This document shows, piece by piece, positions 50,425-61,103 of a stretch of DNA of 64,000 nucleotides (positions are counted from its first letter, which is position 1; every line of letters begins with the position of its first letter). The stretch is from assembly GCA_020891255.1 (NCBI GenBank), contig BQFW01000005.1, positions 868,001 to 932,000 of the forward strand, in the 5' to 3' direction. The notes beneath the pieces were generated by a model that saw nothing but the letters and a program-made list of their open reading frames with translations, was not told the origin of the DNA and did no database searches. The stretch comes from Entomortierella parvispora E1425. Its lineage: Eukaryota > Fungi > Mortierellomycota. The translations under genes and the position numbers were made by a program.

Positions 50425-51105
50425 ATGACCTGTGAGTACAAAAACGTCATGTGTACCAAGACCAGACCAAAAGACAGTTCTCACGTTTTTTTTCTTGGCG
50501 AGCTGACGACACAATGCTACCCTTGCGATTCTCTTCCTATCCCATAGCTGATAATGAAGCCAACGCTTTCTCTGCCTCGGTCCTTCCCGTCGGCACCAAA
50601 GTCCCTGGAGCCAACACTGCCTATCCCTTGGCCACAGCCCCAGGAACCGCAGCTAAGGGACATGGTGCACCTGCCGCCCACAACAATGCCATGAACCAGG
50701 TCATTGTTGTCTTCAAGGCCAACACTCCCAAGAACGAGATCGAGGCTGCAGAGAAAGATATTACATCCCAAGGTAGCGCGATTGTCCTCACTCCCACATC
50801 CGTTTTGTCCCCTGTGTTACAAATACGAGCAACCCCTTATCCTACCCCCCATCATTCTCTTCCATTGGCAGCCAGTCTTCTGTTTGTTACCGAGAAATCG
50901 TCCTGGTTGCTGACAGATCCTCTATCCCTCTTTTGTCGACCAATTAGGCGGTGAGATCACTCAGAGATATACAACCGCGCTGCTCGGGTTCGCCGCCAAG
51001 GTGCCCGACAACGCATTCCAGTCCTTGACCCTTCACCCTCAAGTGGACTATGTCGAAGCTGATGGTGAGGTCAGCGCCTATGCCAAGAACCTCATCCAGG
51101 CTTAA
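50425..51105 (+). CDS. Stand-alone peptidase inhibitor I9 (subtilisin propeptide-like, POIA type), 3 exons
   Basis: ATG ACC T|CT; VIVVFKANTPKNEIEAAEKDITSQG|GEITQRYTTALLGFAAKVP...VDYVEADGEV; introns 50432-50547 and 50773-50947 keep frame. Confidence 0.85.
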
Positions 51106-52287
51106 AAATATGATACCCCATATCAAGCACAACCGCACCCCCACGACAATTGCACGTTGCAACCCCAAATATTGCATTGCCGCAATTACCTTTTGTAGAT
51201 TATGTCTCATCGTCACTCTGCATGGACGATTGAAATCTGTTTGGACCCACAAAAAAATTACGACGCTTTATGAAAAAAGCCGCCGCATCTCTCTTTGCAC
51301 CCGATCAGTGCAAGAGATCGAAGCCATGGTTTTTGTTTCAAAATGGTGGTCAACTTCAACAAACCCAAAAAAAAATTACGTATCCCGAATTCATCTCAAT
51401 AGTTTACTATCATTTCGTCAATAAAAAAAACTTGAACGTTCAGTCTGGGAAGCGAGTATGAACGGTGTAAAAGCCAACAATGGTAAAAGGTCCCTGTTTC
51501 CCCGCCTGCGGTGAGCCAAAATAGCAGTGCTTCCGTGCAGTGCAAGGAGCAACAAGAAACAAACAAAAAACCTTGACTGGGATCCACCACGCCCGATCCA
51601 CCCCCAGGGCTCACCGAAACAGCATGCTCATTTTTTTTCTTCCTGCAGGAATCGGGAAGGCCCTTTTTTGTTGACGACACCTTGCATCACTCCCATGAGA
51701 TCAGCCTCGGTCGGGCAGCGACTCGTTATGGCAAAAGGATCCCGACGAAGGAGCAAGTCGGATTGTAGTTCGAGCAGTTCTCCTGAAGAAGAGAGGCGAG
51801 AAACCAAGGCGACCTTACTTCAATTAACCGCGTAGAAGACGCGTTTTTTGACCCTCTTTAAGCTAACAGAATCGCCCACCTTGAGTCCTCGATGGCCCTC
51901 CTCTACATTGTGGACGATAGCTTTATGTTTTATCTTTTTTTGTGACATCGTAAGAATAAGCAGGCAATTGTCAACTATTTTTACAGAGACCAGGATGAGG
52001 CCGATGGTGCCACCTCCCTGTAAGCAGCGGCTCATTCTCGAGTTCTCAATATGGCCAGCGGCGCCTTCTCCCTGCAACTGTTGTCCTTTTTTTTTTTTTT
52101 TACTGTATGTGATTTATTGCGTATGGATGTATGACTTGTAAACGGCGATGAGCAGCACAGGCAACTCAAAATGCAAAGCAGACACTTAGATATTGTTGTT
52201 TCATTAGGTGGTAACCTAGCCGATGTCTTCTCCGGCCTTGCTCTCCGTACTTCTCTCAGCGTTCTAATTTTTCAAGAGCCATTCGCA

Positions 52288-52323
52288 TCACGTGTATGAT
52301 TCACGTGATAATAGTTCACGTGA
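52288..52323. promoter_or_regulatory. Cluster of three CACGTG E-box palindromes
   Basis: TCACGTG 52288-52294, TCACGTGA 52301-52308 and TCACGTGA 52316-52323; function not demonstrated. Confidence 0.5.
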
Positions 52324-52378
52324 CTAGTCGAATTTTGGTTCATGTAGGAAAAAATATGAGACAGAGCATCCGATAAAA

Positions 52379-52418
52379 GGCAGTATGGCCGAGTTGGTCT
52401 AAGGCGCCAGAATCAGGA

Positions 52419-52451
<33 letters not shown>

Positions 52452-52459
52452 TGCTGTCA
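52379..52459 (+). tRNA. tRNA-Leu(CAG)
   Basis: Acceptor GGCAGTA/TGCTGTC, anticodon arm CCAGA-ATCAGGA-TCTGG, long variable arm, T-arm GTGGG-TTCAAAT-CCCAC, discriminator A73, followed by CCA and T-runs. Confidence 0.92.
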
Positions 52460-52757
52460 CCATTTTGTTTTTCTTTTGTCTCGGTTCAAGATCCCAGTCC
52501 TCACACCAACATCGCCGGTTCGTTTCCACTGACTACATTACAGGAGACCTTCTTTTTGAGCCTCTGAACCGCCGAACGCGTCCAATGACCGTCCACTTTC
52601 AACACTTGTAATCAATTACTAGATAGGCTGGTGGAAGAGAACTGTCGACGCCCATGGTCGGCGGAAAGCTCATTCGGTTATGTTTTATTATTATGTTTTG
52701 AAGGGTATCTGCACATTGCATTTCGACCGTTCTCAGACGTGAAAAATACATTCAACC

Positions 52758-54326
52758 TTACACAAGGCAGCCCGAATCGAGTTTTTGTTCTAGAGGTTGC
52801 ACCTTGGACAACATGACTCTCTCCAGACGGGTCCAATGCCTGGCCATCCATTGAGCCTCCAGTGCTGAAAAGACGTCGGTGTCAGAGAAATCCATCATGA
52901 AGATTCTCAAACGCTTCAACCGCCAGAGTCGATCCAACCCCTTTCGGAGATCTACTTTCAAGAACATGAGTTCTTGGGTCTCTGCGGCGTGCTCCATAAA
53001 CACCCCATTGACTGAGGGTACAACCAACCCTGTATCCACGAGTCCTAATATTTCCAGACGATCCAGAACAGAAAGTCGGTCGATGAACAGAGAAGGTTCG
53101 GAAGACCTCTGTTCCGTTACAGCTTCTGTAAGACCGACCTGAAAGATGCGCAAGTCCTTGCAGACCCAGGGACGAGGATCCTTCTGCACATCCAGGTCTG
53201 GCAATACCCTTGCTCGAATGTCCTTCAAGTTTGGACATTCGCACAGAAACCGCTGTACCATGGCCCCAGAGACATTCATGCAGCCACACAGGGACAATGC
53301 TTCCAGTCGGTCGCAATGTATCCTGTCGCCTCTGGGTCCAGTAGCATTCAGAAGTTCCCTCGCACTCATATCCCCAAACAAAGTCAAAGTTACAAACAGT
53401 TTCTTCAGAGGAGACCTGAGCGCGCCCATGATGCTCGCCATATCTCGGTCCTCGAGACTAGACAGGGAGAGCTCGAGTTCCTCCAAGTTTTCCCACATAC
53501 CATCACCGTCTCGAAGATGTTGAGCGATGGCCGAGCCATAGTCCACACCATGGCTGTAGCCGTGCTAGTATAAGGACCGAATCTCCAGTCGACATGCCAT
53601 GATCAAATGAAACTCGTCTGCAGTGGAGTGACAATTGCGCAAAGAGAGACGGCGGATATTGACCTTGCTGTCGCTACAATTGCTATCACTCCCGAGTCGC
53701 CATCGAGGAGGGGGTATTTGCCCTAGTGGATGGGAGGTAGCGCCTGTGTCTGTTGATAAACTCACGCTATCCATGGCGAATGTATCCAACTGACAAAGGA
53801 TCTCCCGGGCCTCATCGGTCAGATCTTCCAACGGAAGGACGATACTGTTCAGGGTCAAGGATCTTAGCGCACAAAAGGGGTTTGATGGAGGTCCCTTGAA
53901 GAATCCCCACGTGTCGACGAACTCGGGACGGCGAGAATTGATGAGAGTGATGAGCGTCAACGACTGCACGCTTGCTCTGTGCCTCTACCAAAATCCCAGT
54001 CCTTCTGCGACAGGGCTGCAGTTTTTGGTTGTCTGGGTGAACGAGAGGTACAAAGACTGCAGTCGAGGGAAGGAGAGGCCAAGGTAATCAGCTGTCTCGT
54101 AAAACTCGATGAGGGACAGTTCCTGGACATGGGCGGCATTCAAGGTGAGGTTGAGCAGAGTAATGGGATTGCGCGTGGTGTTGTGGGGGATGCGGACAGA
54201 GGTCCAGAGATGTGGACGGAACACGGCATGCCACTGATGGCAGACGAGGATGCAGTTGCGGAAGGATGATGCAGACAGGAATACGGCAATGCCATCCAGA
54301 ATTTCGTTCAGGTCAAAGGCATGCAT
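52758..54326 (-). pseudogene. F-box/LRR gene with two in-frame premature TAG stops
   Basis: MHAFDLNEILDGIAVFLSASSFRNCILVCHQWH F-box start. ORFs 53985..54332, 53565..53969 and 52758..53546 share one frame, separated only by TAG codons. DPRPWVCKDL and WMARHWTRLE motifs. Confidence 0.85.
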
Positions 54327-54496
54327 GGCCAAGGGATGATGAAACTGGCAGAGTGCGAGGCGAGGCGCGTTTCTTCTCGGCCGCAGACACGAGACTTAAG
54401 ATTTGAAGTCGCAAGGTCGTGTCTGTGTGTGCCTGACTGTTTCCTCTTGTTTTCATATTCATTCATTCATTCGCCTCATTCCCCTCATTCTCTCGC

Positions 54497-55060
54497 AAGA
54501 CAAGACGCCTCTGACCCGGTCACTGCTGTGCAGGAAACCTATGACAACCCATGGCAACCTATGCCGCTTCATGTATTAGCCGCAAATTGCGGGGGACACC
54601 CAGCTGCATGTTTACCATCTGCGAGAAGTCAAGAGGAACAAAGGATCGTGGGACAGGGATAGGCTCGCAGGACGCTGCATCTCTTGGGATGCTGTCATTA
54701 CGGATGTCATCGACTTCTTTCTCACGCGGCCAGCAGCTTCAACGTCATCACGTCTTCGTAGACAAGCCCATCAAGCTTGCCCACCATGTCGTCAGCACCA
54801 CTATGGCCACCAGTTTTTTTTGATAGCATCTTCGAGCTGCACGGACATCCCGCTTCCATCGGGTAGCTAAACTTCGATTATACCAAAAGAAGTTGTTGGA
54901 TGTGAAGTTGGCGTTGTCCACGGCCTGGTGCCCACTGACGGATAGACAAACAGAGATTATGAATGGCGTTGCGAGCTTTTGTTGACAACACACAGTCCGA
55001 CTGGGATCAGCGGCTTTTTGCGACAACGCAGTCAACTTCCAGTGGATATTCACCGTCGTC
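54497..55060 (+). mobile_element. Degenerate Ty3/Gypsy retrotransposon integrase (rve) relic
   Basis: Frameshifted fragments in canonical order: PWQ, VFVDKPIKLAHH (cf. VVVDRLTKMAHF), IFELHGHPASI (cf. IFRLHGLPKSI), LLDVKLALSTAWCPLTDRQTEIMN (cf. STAYHPQTDGQTERxN), LRAFVDNTQSDWDQRL, SSGYSP. Confidence 0.8.
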
Positions 55061-55816
55061 GACATTGGTCACCACCCTTGCATTCTACCCCTACCCCTAC
55101 TCCTCGGCATTCCCAACAGTTCTGTCTTCACCGTCGACTTGCAATCCCTTGAGATTTGAAATTTTCCAAACTTATACAAAAATAAAAAAAACACACACAC
55201 ACACACACGATTGCGCTGCCTGAATCGCATCTTTCGGAATCGGCTCCGATGTCCGGTGCCATAATGCCACAGCCCTCCCTCCTTGTTTGCAAGTTGTTTA
55301 CGCTCACTAAACCGAGGAAGGGTAAACCATTCCACTCCACATCTTGCTTTTGTTTTGTCCCCTTGCCTCTTCTTTAATTTATTGTGCTCATGACCTGACG
55401 GAATTGATGTAGTCTATGTGCAATGGCTTCTTACTTTGGGCGGCATGAAGGCCACTTTCCCTGTGCGCACCATTCACACATTAAAGGAGGACACAAGGAT
55501 TTGGGAAAGGGAGTTGTGGGCCAAAAGGCCTCAGAGAAAGGGCTCTGAGAACCCTTCTCAAAAGGAGACAGAGGATCTGCAGGGGCGCGCTGCGCAGCGA
55601 CCAAAGAACGACTGCGCAATGATCTCCATGCTGCGTCTACACGCGTCGATAACGCGCTCAAGCAGAAAACACATTGATCGCATCCTCCATCAACAGTAAA
55701 CAGTAAACAGTAGGCTGCAAAACTGCGCAGCAAAACGAATATATATATCCTGGCTGAGAAGAGGAAGTCCTTCTTTTGCCATCATCTTCACACATTTCCA
55801 GCTAGAATTGAACACC

Positions 55817-56689
55817 ATGCCGCCCCATCCTGATCCCGTTGCCTACAAGTTCGTTTCCACTGTCCACAACGACACATACCCTGCCATCGCTCATTCGAAC
55901 CATCAAACCCGAACCGTTCTGATTACTGGTGCTTCCAGAGGCATCGGGCGAGCCACCGCCATCTCCTTTGCCAGAGCTGGTGCGGCAACCATCATCATTG
56001 CTGCACGCTCTGGCTTGGATGAAGTAGAGAAGGAACTCCTAGCCGCTGCGCCATCGTCCTTATCTCCACCTCGGGTTATCAAGCTACAGCTGGATGTTGT
56101 CTCGGAGGCCAGCGTAGCTCAGGCAGCGGAACGAGTGAAGCAAGACTGTGGCCATCTCGACATTTTGGTCAACAATGCTGGCTACACCGAAGAGTGGACG
56201 CCCATAGTCGAATCCAACTCGTCGGAATGGTGGAAAACATGGGAAATCAACATCAAGGGCGTGTACCTGATGACCCGCGCATTCCTGCCTCTTCTGCTTC
56301 AGGGCTCTTTGAAAACTATCATCAATGTGAGTTCCACAGGTGCTCACAACACTAGAGTAGGAGCGTCGGCCTATCAGACGAGCAAGTTTGCGCTTCTGCG
56401 ATTCACTGAGTTCATCGCTGTGGAATATGGCAACCAGGGGATCATCGCTATCGCAATTCATCCAGGTGGCGTGCCAACAGAGTTGGCGCTGAATCTCCCT
56501 GGTAATTTACACCAATTCCTTGTGGATACACCAGAGTTGGCCGCTGACACTGTAGCGTGGTTGACGCAGCAGCAACCTCATTGGCTTTCCGGGCGATATG
56601 TCAGCGTGAACTGGGATATGCCACAACTAATGGCAAAGAAGGAGGAGGTCGTCGAGGGAGATAAATTGAAAATGCGAATCGTGATCTAG
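55817..56689 (+). CDS. Classical short-chain dehydrogenase/reductase (SDR), intronless
   Basis: VLITGASRGIG (TGxxxGxG), LDV, ILVNNAGY, IINVSS, catalytic AYQTSK (YxxxK), IHPGGV. Confidence 0.93.
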   Translation: MPPHPDPVAYKFVSTVHNDTYPAIAHSNHQTRTVLITGASRGIGRATAISFARAGAATIIIAARSGLDEVEKELLAAAPSSLSPPRVIKLQLDVVSEASVAQAAERVKQDCGHLDILVNNAGYTEEWTPIVESNSSEWWKTWEINIKGVYLMTRAFLPLLLQGSLKTIINVSSTGAHNTRVGASAYQTSKFALLRFTEFIAVEYGNQGIIAIAIHPGGVPTELALNLPGNLHQFLVDTPELAADTVAWLTQQQPHWLSGRYVSVNWDMPQLMAKKEEVVEGDKLKMRIVI

Positions 56690-56888
56690 AAATCACGATC
56701 TGTTTAGAGATGGTCAAGACAGACAGAGAGTATGTTGCAAAAGTACGACTGTCGTACGGTGTCATCATGCGGTCCCATGCCTGATTGGCAGTGGTAGAAG
56801 TATCCGGTACCAGAATAAACACCTGTTTTTTTAATGAGCTAGGAATTGAGGGTTGGGGCCGCTCTCTTTGTTTCCAGGAGATAAATCT

Positions 56889-57803
56889 CTACACCATGAT
56901 AGTGCCTTCCACAGCAGCTTTGAGGGCTTCTTTGAACCCTTCCCTGCCTGATCCAACATACATGACAACACGGTTTGCAATAATGATATAGCAGGGGACA
57001 CCGGAGTAGCCGCTTTTCTTGAAGATATCTTTTGCGAAACAACGGTAAAAGTACCCGTTAGCCTCAAATCGCATCTTTCAAGTAAAATGTTTTGGAAACA
57101 ATGCAAAAGTGGAAGCTCAACTTACTCTCTTGGATGTAGTTCCTGTCATCGATGAAATTTGCAAACTTGAAGCCTTCCCTGTTGGACTCCAAGCATTCCT
57201 TGACCTTCTGGACGTCATGCTCCTTGTCCTCGTGGACCCCATCATTCACAATCCCAACAAAAGAGACTTGTCCAACGTACTCCTCGGCCAGTTCCGAGAT
57301 TTCTGGAGCTGCTTTGATGCATGCCCCACACCTTCCAATTTGATTTTCCCAAAAAAAAAAAAGTTAGCGTGATTTTGGATATTTCTGGAACCAGCCGTTC
57401 CTGAATATGATGATGCTTACCATGTTGCCCACAGATCCAACACAACGATCGATTCATTTCCCGTAAATTCTGGCCCGTGCAAATGACTGCATTGTCTCAA
57501 AGCAAAGGTAATATCAACTGATTCTCCCAACATCTCGCTCTTCCAACCCTTGCGAAAGCATTTGGGAGGTCCTTTCCTGAGATTGTCACGCAGATCACCG
57601 AAAGAAAGTCCTCCATAGACTGTCAAAGCCTGGCGAGGGTCTTCGTAGCCAAGTTCCCTGACCTTGATCTTGAACTGTTCGACAGCTTTCCAAAAAGACT
57701 CTTCGTCCCAGTTTTCTTCGTACTTGTCACGGAATGGCCTTACAAGGAGTCCAAAGTAGGCCTGACCGATTTCCCGAAGTTGCTCGGGTGTTTCCTTTGT
57801 CAT
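56889..57803 (-). CDS. Thioredoxin-fold protein, TlpA/ResA-like, WCGAC active site, 3 exons
   Basis: IVVLDLWATW|CGACIKAAPEISELAEEY, VSFVGI, GYSGVPCYIII; GTAAG introns split the W codon and the final exon in frame; about 120-aa N-terminal extension. Confidence 0.82.
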
Positions 57804-58059
57804 GGCGTCTGTAGCTCTATTAGCAGACAGGGAGAGGATGTGAAGAATATGAAAAGAAATGAAGAAACGAAGAAAGAGAGAAGGAAAAGGAAGTAAGTGC
57901 ACCGTCATACATTTATACATTTGTTTTTTTCTCCTGCCGCTTGCTGTGCTCCAAGATCCTTTCTTGCGCGCTGTCTGTGATTGCTTGTGAAAGCTCTTTT
58001 AGAAAGCGGCGCAGTCACTTGCCTCTGTCCATTGCCTATGAACCTGCCTCACCCATGTA

Positions 58060-58239
58060 TAGTCAGTGCTCGCTTTTGCATAAAATGAGAAGGTGCGGGG
58101 GAACATGAGTACACATGAAGCACAATATGGAAGGATGCAACACAAACTGAAAAAAAGTATTGAGCAGAAAGGGCCAATTGACCAATGGGTGAGCGGGGAA
58201 TATAAAGAAATCCGCTTTCGCAAAAGCGAGCACTGACTG
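58060..58239. mobile_element. Putative Tc1/mariner-type MITE (180 bp) with 20-bp TIRs and TA target-site duplication
   Basis: TA|TAGTCAGTGCTCGCTTTTGC (58060-58079) ... GCAAAAGCGAGCACTGACTG (58220-58239)|TA; 19/20 match; right end is the canonical Tc1 ACTG-TA terminus; no coding capacity. Confidence 0.65.
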
Positions 58240-58960
58240 TACCTTGTACCTTGCCCCAGCTGAAAGGCACCATTCGACCGTTCATCCAACGAGCAACAAG
58301 TGGACAAGGAAGCGGCGCAGCAAAATGAACGCGTGCTCTTGATGCTCCTCCAAAATATCGGCTGGCAGCTGCTCGATTTCCTTTTTTTTTTCTGCCGTGG
58401 GAATATCTTTTGGGAGGAGGGTACATTTCCCCCAGAAGGATGCATATCACTCATATCGCCTAGAGGCATGCTCGGGATGTACCTCCGAATGCGCGTTAAA
58501 GTCTTTGTCACCAAGGCAGTCGGACTCTGGATCTTGTAAATTGGAGGCGGTACAGCGTGAGGCTGTCAGCGAGGGTCATGGTTGTGGCGGTCCAGTCGGA
58601 GAGGGAGACCATTCAGCGCGCCTGACGACGAGCGAGCTTGGAGTGCGTGGAGCACAGGCGACAGTTGGCAACTCCTGCTCATAGTGGGAAGTTCCGTTTA
58701 GCTGACTGTGTTTTTGCTGGGAGTGAACTGTCACCGAATGCACGTCGCCATGTCGTTCCACCTAGAGCAGCACTGAGCAATGGCGAGAACAGATGCATCG
58801 GTGCTGACAACGACGGACGAAGGAGGAAAGAGAGCAAGCACTGTTAGGCTGAGTACCGCGTGAATAAATTGAAGTATTTTCCACGCCTCATCGCTTGTCT
58901 TTATTCATTCGCCATCTCTCTTCATCCATCCTCCCTCCCTCATTTCATCTCGCATGGACC

Positions 58961-60734
58961 ATGATGCATGTCACAGCTTTAGAACTGCCAGAGATCAGTG
59001 CTGCTATCGGCTCGTATCTACCCCTCAGCTCCTTGAGTCGATGCACCCTGGTCTGTCGCGCCTGGCGCAGTATCTTTCTCCCAGACCTATGGAGGGTCTT
59101 TGGGACCCAACGCTACTTTGGCGGGAACAGCAACCCACTTCCAAAGCTGTCGGTCGACGTGCTTGCTGCCTTAGAGAAGCACGCAGGTCTGGTCCGTCAA
59201 CTGAAGATCCAAGAGTATTTTTTGGGCCAGCTCCAGTCCATCTACCTCCCCAAATCTCCAATGGCTCTCCGTCGGTGCATATTATAAAGCCCTCGACGGA
59301 GAGGAGGCACAGACGGCATTGGATGATCTGATCGAGCGACATGATCGCTTGCAAATACTGGACATTGAGAACAGGAGCACTCAATTGCAGATACAGGCTG
59401 TCTGGAATATTGAGATGAGGAGAAAAAACATCGGTAGCAGAGTAGGGGGAGTTCAGGAGCAACAGCTGCTTCGAACCTTGTCTCTCCATGGCCATGTTCT
59501 CGATTTACAAGAGCTATGTATGAACCAAAGTGCTGGCTGGGATCTTTTACGAGGGTTAGAAACCCTCTCATTGACACGGGCCAAGTGGAGTCTTACAAAA
59601 GACGACAACGTGTCATTACCGTCCCTTCTTCTTTGCGGCCTTTTCTCCCATCTAAGAGACAGCCGGATTCAATCTCTGTCGCTGATCAGCTGTCAGCCCC
59701 ACTCGACGGATCTAGACTTCCAAATCATCACCCACTGCCAACAATTGCGATCTCTGACATGGCACCAAAGAGGATTTGATGATTGGCAGAATGAACGTTT
59801 GGAACTCGTATCAGGAATGGCGAAGGGCCTGGCAGACGGACTTTGGCCCTATCTTGACACGGTTGAACTAGGACTCAAGAACGGCACGGACGATCAATAT
59901 GCGGAATTGATTGAGAATCTCGGGCATCACTCTCCCCTCAGAAGCTTGACGATGAACGGCACTGCTTTTGGACCTGAATCTGCGCAGGCTCTCCTCTGTA
60001 GTCAGGGTGGCCGCCATCGGGCCAGTCTGGAAAAACTATACATTCAATCTTGTAGTTCCGTAACAGGCGCGATGATTCACAAGATTTTGAGCTCATTTCC
60101 AAAACTCACTACTTTGCACGCACCTTTTATAACAGAGTTGGATGTCCTTCAAGACCCAAAGCCGTGGGTCTGTCTCGGAATGAAGGAGTTAAAGGTTTGT
60201 CTGTATGTACCGATTCTTGGAGCGGACATGGACCTGAATACGATCACGGTCGTGGATCCAACCGTCCCTGTCCCTAGCACGTCTCTACCGCCTGTCCCCC
60301 GACCCTCGACTGCTTTACTGGACAGGATTGCAATGCTCACTCGATTAGAATCGCTGAACATTGCATGCCGTGACAGTGTGGGTCCTCCAAGAGCACCATT
60401 GTCTGGTCAACTCAGAAGCTCAACCGACTGTTGGACTCTTCCGCACATCCAGCTGGACGATGATATAAAAATGGCTTCCGATTGCCTTGCTGGCTACAGC
60501 GGTAGCCTGACTCGCCTGGGGACTCTGAAACGACTTCGAAAATTCATTTCATCTTCAACAAGCCATTGCTGGACGATGCGAGAGGCACAATGGATGGTGG
60601 AAAACTGGCCTCAGTTGGTCAGCTTAGAGTGTATTCCTTTTATTGCCAATCAAGGAATATCTAAAGAGGTGGACCTTTTCCTTGAGCAGCATGGGGTAGA
60701 AAGCAATTTTGATTTCCTTGGCCTATTTGACTAG
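58961..60734 (+). pseudogene. F-box/LRR gene, tandem paralogue of 61104-62870, broken by a +1 frameshift
   Basis: CCCCAAATCTCC (59248-59259) versus CCCCAATCTCC in the paralogue; removing one A joins ORFs 58895..59287 and 59319..60734 into a collinear protein. Could be a sequencing error. Confidence 0.75.
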
Positions 60735-60756
60735 TTCTGTTCATCCATAAAGACTC

Positions 60757-60906
60757 TGTGTTGTGGATCCTGACAGAGCTCCAGAGATGCGGATGGAATG
60801 CAGTATGTCATTAATGGTAGACGAGGATAATACAGCTGCGGAGGATTGGCACCGACAGGTGCACGGTGCAGCCACCCAGAGGTGGGTTCATTGAAGATGC
60901 ATGCAT
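60757..60906 (-). pseudogene. 5' relic of an F-box gene homologous to 52758-54326
   Basis: Translates MHASSMNPPLGGCTVHLSVPILRSCIILVYH**HTAFHPHLWSSVRIHNT versus MHAFDLNEILDGIAVFLSASSFRNCI-LVCHQWHAVFRPHLWTSVRIPHNT; upstream DNA also shared. Confidence 0.75.
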
Positions 60907-61031
60907 GGCCAAGGGATGGATGACCTTTTTTTTTGAAGAGCCGAAGGCGAGGCGCGTATGTGCACAGCCGCAGGGGCGCATGCACGATGAGAATAAATTT
61001 GTAGTCGTGCCTGACTTGACTGTTCTCTTCA

Positions 61032-61060
61032 TTTCATTCATTCATTCATTCATTCATTCT
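61032..61060 (+). repeat. (TTCA)n microsatellite in the F-box divergent promoter; shorter copy near 54457-54472
   Basis: Read directly from sequence. Confidence 0.85.
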
Positions 61061-61103
61061 TCATTTGTCCAACTTCCCTCCCTCTTTTCATCTCGCATTC
61101 ACC

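Noticed and set aside
52758-54326. Genome-wide TAG reassignment as explanation for the in-frame TAGs
   Set aside because: TAG is the normal stop for LYS4, the C2H2 gene, the scramblase and the F-box gene at 62870.
57999-58850. ORFs around and within the MITE
   Set aside because: No transposase or other motif; frames are interrupted; could not be linked to an F-box relic convincingly.
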